A stretch of DNA of 64,000 nt from Deferribacterales bacterium (GTDB taxonomy: Bacteria; Chrysiogenota; Deferribacteres; Deferribacterales; Geovibrionaceae): the NCBI GenBank assembly GCA_050253075.1, contig JBFWJS010000003.1, forward strand, positions 405,972 to 469,971. The letters are read 5' to 3'. Numbering within the stretch: position 1 is the stretch's first letter; each line of letters begins with the position of its first letter. The notes below the pieces were generated by a model, which made no database searches, was not told the DNA's origin, and was given only the letters and a program-made list of their open reading frames with translations. The position numbers and the translations under genes were made by a program. This document shows positions 1-9,556 of this stretch, one piece after another.

Positions 1-237
1 GGCAAGATCCCCGGTTCACTCCATGTTTCTTCTAAAGAAACAGCTAACGGTTGTGACGCTTTCCTCGCTAAAATGCCAAAAGAAGGCAACGTGATCTTCC
101 ACTGTGCTTCCGGCGGTAGAGCAGGAGAGACTTACTTCTTCCTCGCTGACGATTGCAAACCTGCAGACATCAGCAGATACTACTTCCTTGATGCTGGCGT
201 TAACTGTGACAGCCAGCCATGTAAAATCGGTAACTAA
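1..237 (+). CDS. Rhodanese-domain protein, 3' partial
   Basis: Frame 1 from the window edge translates GKIPGSLHV...VIFHCASGGRA...KIGN* (TAA at 235-237). It has the rhodanese xIPGS and C-x-x-G-x-R motifs. Absent from the ORF track because the start is outside the window. Confidence 0.8.
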   Translation, partial: GKIPGSLHVSSKETANGCDAFLAKMPKEGNVIFHCASGGRAGETYFFLADDCKPADISRYYFLDAGVNCDSQPCKIGN

Positions 238-257
238 TCGATTTAATCGCTAGATAT

Positions 258-288
258 AAAAAGCCCGCTCTTTTGAGCGGGCTTTTTT
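258..288. terminator. Bidirectional intrinsic terminator
   Basis: AAAAAGCCCGCTC-TTTT-GAGCGGGCTTTTTT, a perfect hairpin between convergent genes. Confidence 0.9.
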
Positions 289-304
289 GTTTGGGAGGGT
301 AGTA

Positions 305-1291
305 TCAGGCGTTCAGGGTTCCCATGAATTCTTCGGGATATCTCAGCCCCTGAACTTTATTTATGTCAATTATAGATTCCATCTTTGCCACCTGTTCAGG
401 TGTAAGGTTTATTTCTGCAGATCCTATATTATCCAGCAGGTATTTCAAGCGTTTGGTCCCCGGTATAGGGAGTATGTCTTTGCCCTTTGCCAGAGTCCAT
501 GCAATGGCGAGCTGTGCAGGCTTATGCCTGAGTTCCTCGGCGTATTTCTTGAACTCTTCCACCATTCGGTAGTTCTCTGCTATGTTCTCTTCTTTGAATC
601 TGGGGCTGAATCTTCTGTAGTCGCCTTCGGGGAAGTCCTCGACCTTTGCGAATGTACCAGTGAGGAATCCTCTGCCGAGAGGGCTGTATGCCACAAGGCT
701 GATGCCGAGCTCTCTGCATGTGTCGAGTATCCCGCCTTCGATATCACGTGTCCAGAGGGAATACTCTGTCTGTAATGCCGAAATAGGGTGTACCTTTGCA
801 GCTTTCTTTATTGTTTCTGAGCCCATTTCGGAAAGTCCGAGGTATCTAACCTTACCTGCTTTCACAAGCTCTGCCATAGCACCGACAGATTCCTCTATGT
901 CTACGTTCGGGTCTTTCCTGTGCTGGTAGTAGAGGTCTATGGTTTCCACACCGAGCCTCTTGAGACTGGCGTCACATGCCTTTTTGATGTATTCGGGTGT
1001 TCCGCATATGCCTCTTTCGCCTGTTTCGGCGTTTCTGGTTATGCCGAACTTAGTAGCGAGCACAATGCTGTCACGCTTCCCTTTTATGGCTTTTCCGACA
1101 AGTTCTTCGTTTTTGCCTATGCCGTACATGTCTGCGGTGTCAAGGAGCGTAGAACCCCTTTCTATGGCTTCGTGTATAACTTTTATAGATTCTTCGTCGT
1201 CGCCTGCTCCGTAGAACTCGCTCATTCCCATACAGCCCAGTCCGACAGCGCCTGCCTCGAGACCGTGAGTGCCGATTTTTCTGCTCTCCAT
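305..1291 (-). CDS. Aldo/keto reductase
   Basis: GLGCMGMS, LDTADMYG, DLYYQHR, YSPLGRG and PIPGT motifs. Start moved to ATG 1291 behind RBS AAGGAGG. Confidence 0.92.
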   Translation of the reverse strand: MESRKIGTHGLEAGAVGLGCMGMSEFYGAGDDEESIKVIHEAIERGSTLLDTADMYGIGKNEELVGKAIKGKRDSIVLATKFGITRNAETGERGICGTPEYIKKACDASLKRLGVETIDLYYQHRKDPNVDIEESVGAMAELVKAGKVRYLGLSEMGSETIKKAAKVHPISALQTEYSLWTRDIEGGILDTCRELGISLVAYSPLGRGFLTGTFAKVEDFPEGDYRRFSPRFKEENIAENYRMVEEFKKYAEELRHKPAQLAIAWTLAKGKDILPIPGTKRLKYLLDNIGSAEINLTPEQVAKMESIIDINKVQGLRYPEEFMGTLNA

Positions 1292-1314
1292 GTGTGCCTC
1301 CTTAGTTTGTAAAC

Positions 1315-1330
1315 TACACTGTATAGTGTA
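1315..1330. promoter_or_regulatory. Candidate TetR operator
   Basis: Near-palindrome TACACTGTATAGTGTA between the divergent AKR and TetR genes. Confidence 0.55.
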
Positions 1331-1415
1331 ATCTTTGCCGTGCATAAGTCAAGTTAAATATTTATGTCGATTTTTTTTAATATATTACATATACTTATAA
1401 TCACTAGAGGTGAAA

Positions 1416-2030
1416 ATGTCAGATCAAAGATGCTGTAAACTTTCGGAAAAAAAGCGTGAAGATATCCTCGATGCTGCCTCACGTCTTTTTCTGGATAAGG
1501 GGTACGGCAATGTTTCAATGGATGAGGTAGCTCAGAAGGCAAACGTCTCAAAACGTACGGTATACAACCATTTCGCATCGAAAGAGATACTCTTCGGCGA
1601 GATAGTGCGCCTTACATGGGACGGGATAGCCCAGCCTCTCCTTATACTTGATGACAAGGACGATATCAGAAATGTTCTGAAATCCTACACTCTCAATGCG
1701 CTGAAAATGCTCCGTTCAGAGAAATTCAGCAAAATGCTCCGCCTTGTGATAGGCGAATCGGGCAATTTCCCCGAGCTCAGCAGTTTGTATTCCGAGCATG
1801 GGGTAAAGACCATCCTCTCCAGCATCGAGGAATACTTCATAGCCCTGAACGATACGGGCAAGCTGAAGATACCTGAGCCGGCCTTAGCAGCTCAGCAGTA
1901 TGTAGGAATGGTGAAAGAATCCCTCTTCTGGCCGGTGCTTTTGGGTGTGTTTAAACAGCCGACGCCGGAGCGCGACATCCAGGTAATAGATGCCGCCATC
2001 GACATTATCTATCAGATATATTCTATTTAA
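1416..2030 (+). CDS. TetR/AcrR family transcriptional regulator
   Basis: N-terminal HTH (ILDAASRLF...SMDEVAQKANVSKRTVYNHF). RBS GAGGTG before ATG 1416. Confidence 0.92.
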   Translation: MSDQRCCKLSEKKREDILDAASRLFLDKGYGNVSMDEVAQKANVSKRTVYNHFASKEILFGEIVRLTWDGIAQPLLILDDKDDIRNVLKSYTLNALKMLRSEKFSKMLRLVIGESGNFPELSSLYSEHGVKTILSSIEEYFIALNDTGKLKIPEPALAAQQYVGMVKESLFWPVLLGVFKQPTPERDIQVIDAAIDIIYQIYSI

Positions 2031-3147
2031 ATACCGAAAGAAAAACACCCGCAGCAATAGCACTCCCTATAACACCGGCGACGTTTGGCGCCATTGCGTG
2101 CATTATGAGGAAGTTGTTCGGGTCTTCCTTTGCGCCTACCACCTGACAAACTCTCGCTGAGTCGGGCACGGCGGATACTCCTGCGGCTCCGATGATGGGG
2201 TTCACAGGCTTTTTGCTCACCCAGTTCATCACCTTCGCAGCAAGCACTCCCGATGCAGTCGCCACACAGAACGACCCCGCCCCCAGCGCAAATATCTTTA
2301 TGGAATCAGGCGTGAGAAATCTGCTGGCATCCGTGCTGAGCCCCACAGTGAAGCCGAGCAGTATGGTGACTATGTCTATCAGTGCGGCTCTGGCCGTGTT
2401 CGCCAGCCTTTCTGTCACTCCGCATTCCTTCAGCAGATTGCCGAAGAACAGCATACCGAGGAGCGTTATCGCACCCGGTGCTATGAGGGTGGTCAGGGTG
2501 AATGCAACTATTGGGAACATAATTCGTAGACGTTTGCTCACAGGCTTCGAAGGCTGCATGCGGATAAGGCGTTCCTTCTTAGTGGTTAACAGCTTTATTA
2601 TCGGCGGCTGTATAACAGGCACGAGAGCCATGTATGAATACGCCGCAATGGCTATCGCACCGAGGTAGTCTGGCGCCATCTTACTGGATAGGAATATAGC
2701 CGTCGGACCGTCAGCACCGCCTATGATGCCTATGGCGGCGGCATGTTCTGTGCTGAAGCCGAGGTATATAGAGCCGATGAATGTTATGAATATGCCAAAC
2801 TGTGCCGCTGCGCCCAGTATTATAAGGCGTGGGTTAGACAGCATGCATGAGAAGTCTGTCATGGCTCCGATGCCGAGGAATATCAGAGGAGGGTAAAAGC
2901 CCTGTGATACACCCTGATACAGTATCGAAAACACACTGCCTGCCTCGTATACGCCGATGTTCAGCCCCGGTGCATAGGGGATATTACCCACGAGGATACC
3001 GAAGCCGATGGGCACGAGCAGGAGCGGTTCGTAGTCTTTCTTTATAGCCAGATACAGGAAGATGCATGCGACGGTCATCATGAGCAGGTTCCCCAGACTC
3101 AGGTTTCCGAATGCGCCCCCCTGTAGAAACTGTAATATTATGTCCAT
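2023..3147 (-). CDS. mmdB: Na+-translocating decarboxylase beta subunit (OadB/MmdB family)
   Basis: EPLLLVPIGFG, IGIIGGADGPTAI, AYSYMALVP and GVSAVP motifs; highly hydrophobic. Confidence 0.92.
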   Translation of the reverse strand: MDIILQFLQGGAFGNLSLGNLLMMTVACIFLYLAIKKDYEPLLLVPIGFGILVGNIPYAPGLNIGVYEAGSVFSILYQGVSQGFYPPLIFLGIGAMTDFSCMLSNPRLIILGAAAQFGIFITFIGSIYLGFSTEHAAAIGIIGGADGPTAIFLSSKMAPDYLGAIAIAAYSYMALVPVIQPPIIKLLTTKKERLIRMQPSKPVSKRLRIMFPIVAFTLTTLIAPGAITLLGMLFFGNLLKECGVTERLANTARAALIDIVTILLGFTVGLSTDASRFLTPDSIKIFALGAGSFCVATASGVLAAKVMNWVSKKPVNPIIGAAGVSAVPDSARVCQVVGAKEDPNNFLIMHAMAPNVAGVIGSAIAAGVFLSVFK

Positions 3148-3150
3148 ATT

Positions 3151-3558
3151 TTACTCGTATTCTATGAGGGTTTGTCCTTCGCGGATGTTGTCCCCTTTAT
3201 TCACAGGTACTGCTTTCACTTTTCCGTCGGCGGGAGCCGCTATGGATGTCTTCATCTTCATAGCTTCCAGTATCATCACGATGTCTCCCTCTTTCACAAC
3301 GTCCCCTGCGGAGCACTTAACCTCGAGCACGATACCTGCGATGGGGCTTGTGACGGCTCCGCTGGCATCGGCTGATGCCTTTGGTGAACGTGAAGGTGGC
3401 TTCGGCAGAGCAGAAGGCGATCTAACCTGTGAAGAGGCGTCCTGTGGCTGAGCCTGAGGCATATATGGGAGTGCGGTGGGATACATATCTCCGCCGTCGT
3501 CTAATACTTCAACATCTACTTCGTATGCGATACCGTGTACGGTTATTTTCAGCTTCAT
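3151..3558 (-). CDS. mmdC: Biotin carboxyl carrier subunit
   Basis: EAMKM biotinylation motif and Pro/Ala/Ser linker. Start MKLKITVHG at 3558. Confidence 0.9.
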   Translation of the reverse strand: MKLKITVHGIAYEVDVEVLDDGGDMYPTALPYMPQAQPQDASSQVRSPSALPKPPSRSPKASADASGAVTSPIAGIVLEVKCSAGDVVKEGDIVMILEAMKMKTSIAAPADGKVKAVPVNKGDNIREGQTLIEYE

Positions 3559-3569
3559 ATATATCTCCG

Positions 3570-3923
3570 TTATTTCTCTGTTTTTACATTTAATACGTGT
3601 GAGCCGTGGAGAACACTGCGTCCCTCCATTGTCCATCCTGCGATCTTAGCATCTCTGCTGACAACCCTGCGTACCGAGCGTATACGAAAGCTCCTCTGCT
3701 GCAGGGCTGCTGATGCGGCAGCGGATATCAGCACAAGGGTAAGGTTGTCTATGGTCTGCTCGGGTTCGGGCTCGGGTGCGTTTCTCGCTTCTTTCCTTTC
3801 GGTCATCTTTTCGTCTATGGTACGCATAAGGCTGATGGCAAAGGCGATGAGTATCAGCGATGCGAAAACAATCAGCATCCCCGCCAGACTCAGTTTTAGA
3901 GCGTAGTTTAACTCAGGTGTCAT
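3570..3923 (-). CDS. mmdD: Decarboxylase delta/gamma subunit (OadG/MmdD family)
   Basis: N-terminal TM (GMLIVFASLILI), PEPEPE linker and LVLISAAASAAL segment; lies between the alpha and biotin subunits. Confidence 0.8.
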   Translation of the reverse strand: MTPELNYALKLSLAGMLIVFASLILIAFAISLMRTIDEKMTERKEARNAPEPEPEQTIDNLTLVLISAAASAALQQRSFRIRSVRRVVSRDAKIAGWTMEGRSVLHGSHVLNVKTEK

Positions 3924-3934
3924 AATATCTTTCC

Positions 3935-5488
3935 TTACAGCGGGATGAGCCCGTGTTTTTTCTGCGGACGCATCTCCCGCTTTGTTCGCAGAGCTTCCAG
4001 TGCGGATATAACCGCCATCTTTGTCTCTGCAGGGTCTATAACGTCGTCCACATACCCTCTGCCTGCGGCGGCATATGGATTTGTGAATGCTATTTTGTAT
4101 TCCTTCGTCTTTTCTTCCATCAGTTCTTTCGGGTCGAAGGCTTCCTTTATCTCTTTGCTGTAAAGGATGCTGGCTGCGCCCTCTGCGCCCATGACGGCTA
4201 TCTCTGCGGTCGGCCATGCATAGACCCTGTCTGCGCCCATTTCCTTAGAACACATGGCGAGGTATGCACCGCCGTATGCCTTGCGCACTATGATGGTCAC
4301 CTTCGGCACTGTGGCAGCACCGTATGCGAACAGCATCTTTGCACCGTGGCGGATGATGCCTCCGTATTCCTGATCTACCCCGGGCATAAAGCCCGGAACG
4401 TCTACGAATGTCAGCAGAGGTATGTTGAAAGCGTTGCAGAAGCGTATGAACCTCGCCGATTTGTCTGATGAGTCTATGTCCAGAACGCCCGCTTTGACAA
4501 ACGGCTGATTCGCCACTACGCCGACGGTTCTCCCCGACATTCTGGCGAAGCCTATGAGGATGTTCGGTGCGAAGTGTTCCTGTATTTCTAGGAAGTCTCC
4601 GCCGTCTACGATATTGTGTATCACCTCGTGCATGTCGTATGGCTCTTTCGGGTCTTCGGGGATGAGGTTTCTGAGGTGTCCCTCGGGCTGAAGTATATTT
4701 TCCGCCGTATTATGGAAAGAGGGCGGTTCTTCGGTATTGTTACTCGGCAGGAACGAGAGCAGGCGTTTACACAGAGACATGGCGTCCTGTCCGTTTTTAG
4801 CGGTGAAGTGTACCACGCCTGAATAGTGCGAATGGCTCTCAACACCGCCGAGCTCCTCTGAGGATACTTCCTCGCCTGTGACCTGCTTTATCACGGACGG
4901 CCCTGTGATGAACATCTGCCCCTCGTGCTCTATCTGTATGATGAAGTCAGTGAGGGCAGGGGAATATGCCGCTCCGCCCGCACAGGGGCCCGCTATTATG
5001 CTCACCTGCGGCACAACGCCCGATAGGAGTACATTGCGGTAGAAGATGTCTCCGTATCCTGAAAGGGCATCTACGCCCTCCTGAATACGGGCACCGCCCG
5101 AGTCGTTTATGAAAACGAACGGATCGCCTGTTTTCAAAGCCTGATCCATAACGTCTGCTATCTTTTTAGCCGTCATTTCTCCGACGGAACCGCCTGCTAC
5201 GGTAAAGTCCTGACTGGCAGCGTATACTATCCTGCCGTCTACGCTCCCCATCCCGGTGACAACCCCTTCACCGGGGAATTCTTTATCTGTCATGCCGAAA
5301 TTGGTGCACCTGTGGCGCATGAAGAGCCCGTGTTCCTGAAAGGTTTCAGAGTCGAAGAGGAGTGCCAGACGTTCTCTGGCGGTGAGCTTCCCTGCGCTGT
5401 GCTGTTTGTCGATCTTGTCTTTGCCTCCGCCCTGATAGGCCTCGGCACGTTTCTTGAAAAGTGTGTTCAGTTTTTCTTTGTTACTCAT
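3935..5488 (-). CDS. mmdA: Acyl-CoA carboxyltransferase, methylmalonyl-CoA decarboxylase alpha type
   Basis: GKLTARER, DSGGARIQEG, GPCAGGAAYSPALTD, RFCNAFNIP and C-terminal KKHGLIPL. Confidence 0.88.
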   Translation of the reverse strand: MSNKEKLNTLFKKRAEAYQGGGKDKIDKQHSAGKLTARERLALLFDSETFQEHGLFMRHRCTNFGMTDKEFPGEGVVTGMGSVDGRIVYAASQDFTVAGGSVGEMTAKKIADVMDQALKTGDPFVFINDSGGARIQEGVDALSGYGDIFYRNVLLSGVVPQVSIIAGPCAGGAAYSPALTDFIIQIEHEGQMFITGPSVIKQVTGEEVSSEELGGVESHSHYSGVVHFTAKNGQDAMSLCKRLLSFLPSNNTEEPPSFHNTAENILQPEGHLRNLIPEDPKEPYDMHEVIHNIVDGGDFLEIQEHFAPNILIGFARMSGRTVGVVANQPFVKAGVLDIDSSDKSARFIRFCNAFNIPLLTFVDVPGFMPGVDQEYGGIIRHGAKMLFAYGAATVPKVTIIVRKAYGGAYLAMCSKEMGADRVYAWPTAEIAVMGAEGAASILYSKEIKEAFDPKELMEEKTKEYKIAFTNPYAAAGRGYVDDVIDPAETKMAVISALEALRTKREMRPQKKHGLIPL

Positions 5489-5716
5489 AATTTTTCCTGA
5501 ATTGTCAGCGTGTAATAAATTCTTTATACTATAAGAATAACACCGCTCGAACGAGCTTCAACACTAATGGAACACGGCGGAAACATAATACCGTGTTTGG
5601 AAAAGTTTTTGCGACGTTTAGCATTGTTTAACAGTACATTAAGAGATTTAAGGCTGAACTTGAAATTAATCGGAATGTCATAATAATATATAAGTATAAA
5701 AGACATGGAGCAGAAA

Positions 5717-5995
5717 ATGAAAAAACTGATGTTTGTTATGATCATAGCAACTTTATTCACTTCATCCGCATTCGCAGGTGAAAAGTCTGAGAAAGCGGGC
5801 GAAGCATTCGGCAAGGCCGCAAGGGAGACAAAGGAAGCGGGCGAGCTCCTCATCGACGGTACAAAGAAAGGTGCGAAGAAAGCGGGCGAATATATAAAAG
5901 AACTCTACGAAGACACCAAAGAGGGTGCCAAGGATTTCAATAAAGGTATGAAAAAAGGCTATAAGGAAGAAGAGAAGAAAGACGGATATTTCTAA
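5717..5995 (+). CDS. Small secreted Lys/Glu-rich hypothetical protein
   Basis: Signal peptide MKKLMFV...SAFA followed by helical K/E/A repeats; RBS GGAG. Confidence 0.7.
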   Translation: MKKLMFVMIIATLFTSSAFAGEKSEKAGEAFGKAARETKEAGELLIDGTKKGAKKAGEYIKELYEDTKEGAKDFNKGMKKGYKEEEKKDGYF

Positions 5996-7371
5996 CGCAT
6001 ATTGAATACGTAGTTTATCCCGTTACCCCTTACGCTTTCCAGCCCCTGACCTTGCTCAGCCCTCGGATTTGTGCATGTGCCTGTCTCAAGGTATAATATA
6101 GCCTCAGAAAGCATCCCTTCCGCTTCGTCGCCTAACTGATGGGTCACATCGTCTGATGCGGCGCAGTCCACGCTCATTCCGCCGAAGTAATCGCCGTCGT
6201 TATCAGCATTTACAGTTTTGAATGATATGGGCACGATATAGTTGTCGCAATAGGGGAACGCATACATACCGACAGGCTTGCCGTGTGTGGTGGAGCCTAT
6301 GAGCGTTACGTCCATGTATGGGAGCAGGTTGTTTATCACTGTTTCACTTGCCGAAGCAGAGGATGATGTCACAAGGAAGACAATCTTGCTTATATCCAGA
6401 TCATATGTCGGTGAGCTGAAATAGGACGACCTGTTCCACGCAGAGTAAAAGGTATTATGCAGATATGTGTACATCAGCCCTGATGTGAGCCCCGAACCGC
6501 CTATCTGAGACGAAAGGAATATCGCCGCACTCAGCAGTCCGCCTCCGTTATAGCGAAGGTCTACGACGAGTTCCTCTACACCGTTTGTCTCAAATGCGCT
6601 GAGAGCGGGGAACATATCCGTATAGTAGTTTCCGCTGAAAGCGAGGTATGAAAGGTAGCCTATCTTTTTACCGTTTGTACCGTTGGTGAATATGTCGTAT
6701 GCGGCGACAGAATCTGCGTAGTATTCATCTTTGACCACTGTGGCAGAGCCTGCCGAAGAGCTGTTGTCTATATAGTCTATGTCGACACTGTAGCCTTCCT
6801 CTGAGGGGCCGAATGCGGTGTCGTATATGTTTGCGTCACTTATCATCTGTGCTGCGGTATATCCGTTTACCGCCGTGAGGCTGTATCCACGCTGGAACCC
6901 CGCAAGGTCGGCAGGAGAGCCTGGGTACACGTGTGTGAGGAATATCTCGTTTGTGCCTGCGCTGATGCCCATTGTGACGCCCAGTCCGACATTATCCCCT
7001 GCGTAGTATGCGTTGTATGTGGTCTTAGGTATCACATAGCTCCATTTGTCGTAGGTGTCGTATTTGAGCGCATCGAGCAGTGCGTCTTGTGATGCGTATG
7101 CAGTATAGTCCAGATCGGGCGTTTGACCGCTCCAGTAATAGACATCGTGCATGGCTTTATATATAAATGCTTTCTGATCGTCCTCAGAGCATGAATCGGG
7201 TGAATATGTCAGAGAGCCCACACCGCCGACGGTGATGCTGTCGTCCGATGGGTCTGCTATTGCTCCCGTGCTGCTGCTTCCGCCCCCTCCGCCTCCGCCT
7301 CCGCAGGCGGAAAGGATAAATGTGATCAAAGCTATTACTATCAGTTTGTTCAGTTGACTTATTTTAACCAT
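5992..7371 (-). CDS. S41 family peptidase lipoprotein with PDZ domain
   Basis: Lipobox LSAC plus Gly8/Ser linker; PDZ (VYPGSPADLAG), DLRYNGGG, SASASE and GK motifs. Confidence 0.88.
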   Translation of the reverse strand: MVKISQLNKLIVIALITFILSACGGGGGGGGSSSTGAIADPSDDSITVGGVGSLTYSPDSCSEDDQKAFIYKAMHDVYYWSGQTPDLDYTAYASQDALLDALKYDTYDKWSYVIPKTTYNAYYAGDNVGLGVTMGISAGTNEIFLTHVYPGSPADLAGFQRGYSLTAVNGYTAAQMISDANIYDTAFGPSEEGYSVDIDYIDNSSSAGSATVVKDEYYADSVAAYDIFTNGTNGKKIGYLSYLAFSGNYYTDMFPALSAFETNGVEELVVDLRYNGGGLLSAAIFLSSQIGGSGLTSGLMYTYLHNTFYSAWNRSSYFSSPTYDLDISKIVFLVTSSSASASETVINNLLPYMDVTLIGSTTHGKPVGMYAFPYCDNYIVPISFKTVNADNDGDYFGGMSVDCAASDDVTHQLGDEAEGMLSEAILYLETGTCTNPRAEQGQGLESVRGNGINYVFNMR

Positions 7372-7469
7372 AGGGTAATTATACCATCTCGCCCATGTAT
7401 GGGAACATAAAGTTGAAAAACATGTTATTATTACATAATATAACCAAAAATTATAGTTAAAGGTTTAAG

Positions 7470-8393
7470 ATGAATATTACTTTAGCACAAGCACACCAGA
7501 TATTTAGCAATCTTGATGAGCTCATTGTACTGTTCAGTGCAGAAGGGGAATACAAAGAGATAATCTCATCGGGAGCAGACAACGATAAGGATGAATTCCG
7601 AGGTCTTTTGGGTAAAAAGTTAGACGGTGTTCTCTCCGCAGGGGCTGCTGAGCTGTTCAACTCCAGAATTCAGGAGTGTATAAGTGTTAATGCGCCAGTG
7701 GACTTTGAGTATCAGGTTGCAGGTATGCTGAATGTATCACCCGAAGTATCATCCGAGACAAGCAATACAAAATATTATAAATCCAGACTGATCCCCGTTG
7801 CAGACGGCTCAGATACATATGTGATATGGATAGCCTACGACATCACCCAGTTTAAAAAGCTGGAGACAAACTATAAAGACTGCTCCATAGAAGACCCTGT
7901 GACAGGCATATACAACAGACGCTTCTTCTTCAAAGAGCTGAACAGCTTTTACCAGAGGTTCCAGCGTGGCAGCAACTCTTACTCTGTGATAATGATAAAC
8001 CTCGACCACAGCGAAAAGCTGAGCGACACATACGGCATAGAGGTCACAGAGGGGATGATGAGCAGCTTTGTCACCGTTATAAAGAATGCTCTGAGAACTA
8101 CCGACCTTTTTGCCTCTACAGGCGACGAAGACTTTATAATACTGCTCCCCGACACGCCTTCGAACGGTGCCGCACAGATGGCAGAGCGTGTTAGAAGCGC
8201 TATAGAAAACAACATATTCGAGCTGGACGGCGAACAGCTCAGCATGACAGCCAGCTTTGGCTGCAGCGAGGTCGCCGAGGCTGATTCCAGCTATGACAAT
8301 GTCATAAACAGAGCCGAGATAGCTCTTTATCAGGCGAAGCACAACGGCGGAAACTGTGTGAATCGTCTGAATTATGAAAATTGGAAAAAATAG
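7470..8393 (+). CDS. PAS-like plus degenerate GGDEF domain protein
   Basis: DPVTGIYNRR, TASFG and ALYQAKHNG mark a GGDEF fold; the signature reads GDEDF. Confidence 0.85.
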   Translation: MNITLAQAHQIFSNLDELIVLFSAEGEYKEIISSGADNDKDEFRGLLGKKLDGVLSAGAAELFNSRIQECISVNAPVDFEYQVAGMLNVSPEVSSETSNTKYYKSRLIPVADGSDTYVIWIAYDITQFKKLETNYKDCSIEDPVTGIYNRRFFFKELNSFYQRFQRGSNSYSVIMINLDHSEKLSDTYGIEVTEGMMSSFVTVIKNALRTTDLFASTGDEDFIILLPDTPSNGAAQMAERVRSAIENNIFELDGEQLSMTASFGCSEVAEADSSYDNVINRAEIALYQAKHNGGNCVNRLNYENWKK

Positions 8394-8479
8394 CACACTT
8401 ATTGATGATTATTTGATATTTCTCTGACGAATTGGCCTTATTAGTGTGTTAATCTCTTAAAAAATACCGGAGAATTAAC

Positions 8480-8983
8480 ATGTTTTTACTGAAAGAACTG
8501 CCTGATAAGAAAAGCATTAAGAAAATAGCCAAAGATAACAAAGCTATAGACGCTACGAGTGCGCATTTTACACTTCAGTTTATCCGCACGGCGAGCGATG
8601 CTCTCATCACAATAGACAAGTTTTTCAGTGCAAAAGGTCTCTCTCACGGCAGATTTATCGCTCTTTCGGTATTAAGTGAGGCTCCTGACGAAGGGATCTT
8701 TCCATACGAGCTGGCAGACAGCATGGGTGTCTCCCGTGCGACTGCATCTGGTCTCATTAAAGGGCTCGAGGCTACGGGGCTTATCGTCAGCATACAGTCA
8801 AAGACAGACGGACGTATGAAAAGGATAGCACTCACCGACGAGGGTAAAACGCTCATAGAAGAGCTAACCCCCGAATATTACGCCTTCATATCTAAATTCA
8901 CCGGTTCTATAGAGAAAAAGTCCCTTAAACAGTTCATCGGCATTCTGACACAGCTTGGCGATGTAGTATCCTCCATCGACTAA
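8480..8983 (+). CDS. MarR family transcriptional regulator
   Basis: ELADSMGVSRATASGLIKGLE...DGRMKRIALTDEG winged helix. Confidence 0.9.
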   Translation: MFLLKELPDKKSIKKIAKDNKAIDATSAHFTLQFIRTASDALITIDKFFSAKGLSHGRFIALSVLSEAPDEGIFPYELADSMGVSRATASGLIKGLEATGLIVSIQSKTDGRMKRIALTDEGKTLIEELTPEYYAFISKFTGSIEKKSLKQFIGILTQLGDVVSSID

Positions 8984-9022
8984 TAATTGTGTTTTGCGCT
9001 GCTTTTGTGTAAAACAGCGTGT

Positions 9023-9556
9023 ATGCAGATATTACTAGTAGACAACGAAGACAGCTTCACAGCCAACTTACTGCATCAGATAGTCAATGTCACAGGGCAT
9101 GAGCCTGTTGTGGCGCCTTATCATCTTCTGAATGAGATCGACACAGACCTATACGACATGTTTGTCATATCCGCAGGCCCGGGTTCGCCCGCCGAATATC
9201 CCGATTATGACAGGTTATTCCGAAGCGGAAAGCCTATTTTAGGGGTGTGCCTCGGAATGCAGATAATGAACCTTTACTACGGCGGAAGTGTCAGTCCTTT
9301 AAAGGGAGCGAAGCACGGCATATGCAGAGAGGTTGTCATCGACGGCGAGGCATATACGTGTGCAGTTTATAATTCGTTATACTGCTCTGATGTCGCAGAC
9401 TGCTTTGATACATTCGCCATGTCAGGCGGCATACCAATGGGGATAAAGCACAGAGAACTGCCCATGGCAGGTGTGCAGTTTCACCCCGAATCATTTATGA
9501 CTCTCGAAGGGGACAAGATACTTAAATATGTTTTCAACTGTATTGGAATTAATTGA
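9023..9556 (+). CDS. pabA: Aminodeoxychorismate synthase glutamine amidotransferase component
   Basis: DNEDSFT, GPGSP, GVCLGMQ and QFHPES motifs. Confidence 0.85.
   Translation: MQILLVDNEDSFTANLLHQIVNVTGHEPVVAPYHLLNEIDTDLYDMFVISAGPGSPAEYPDYDRLFRSGKPILGVCLGMQIMNLYYGGSVSPLKGAKHGICREVVIDGEAYTCAVYNSLYCSDVADCFDTFAMSGGIPMGIKHRELPMAGVQFHPESFMTLEGDKILKYVFNCIGIN

Noticed and set aside
3924..4217. N-terminal extension of ORF 3570-4217
   Set aside because: Overlaps mmdA in another frame; the delta subunit starts at 3923
5490..5700. Riboswitch (for example Na+-sensing) upstream of mmdA
   Set aside because: Only a short AACACGG/CCGTGTT stem is visible and no consensus could be recognised by eye; an Rfam search is needed
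7279..7302. Poly-Gly tract as a phase-variation repeat
   Set aside because: Encoded by mixed GGA/GGC/GGG codons in frame; an ordinary lipoprotein linker
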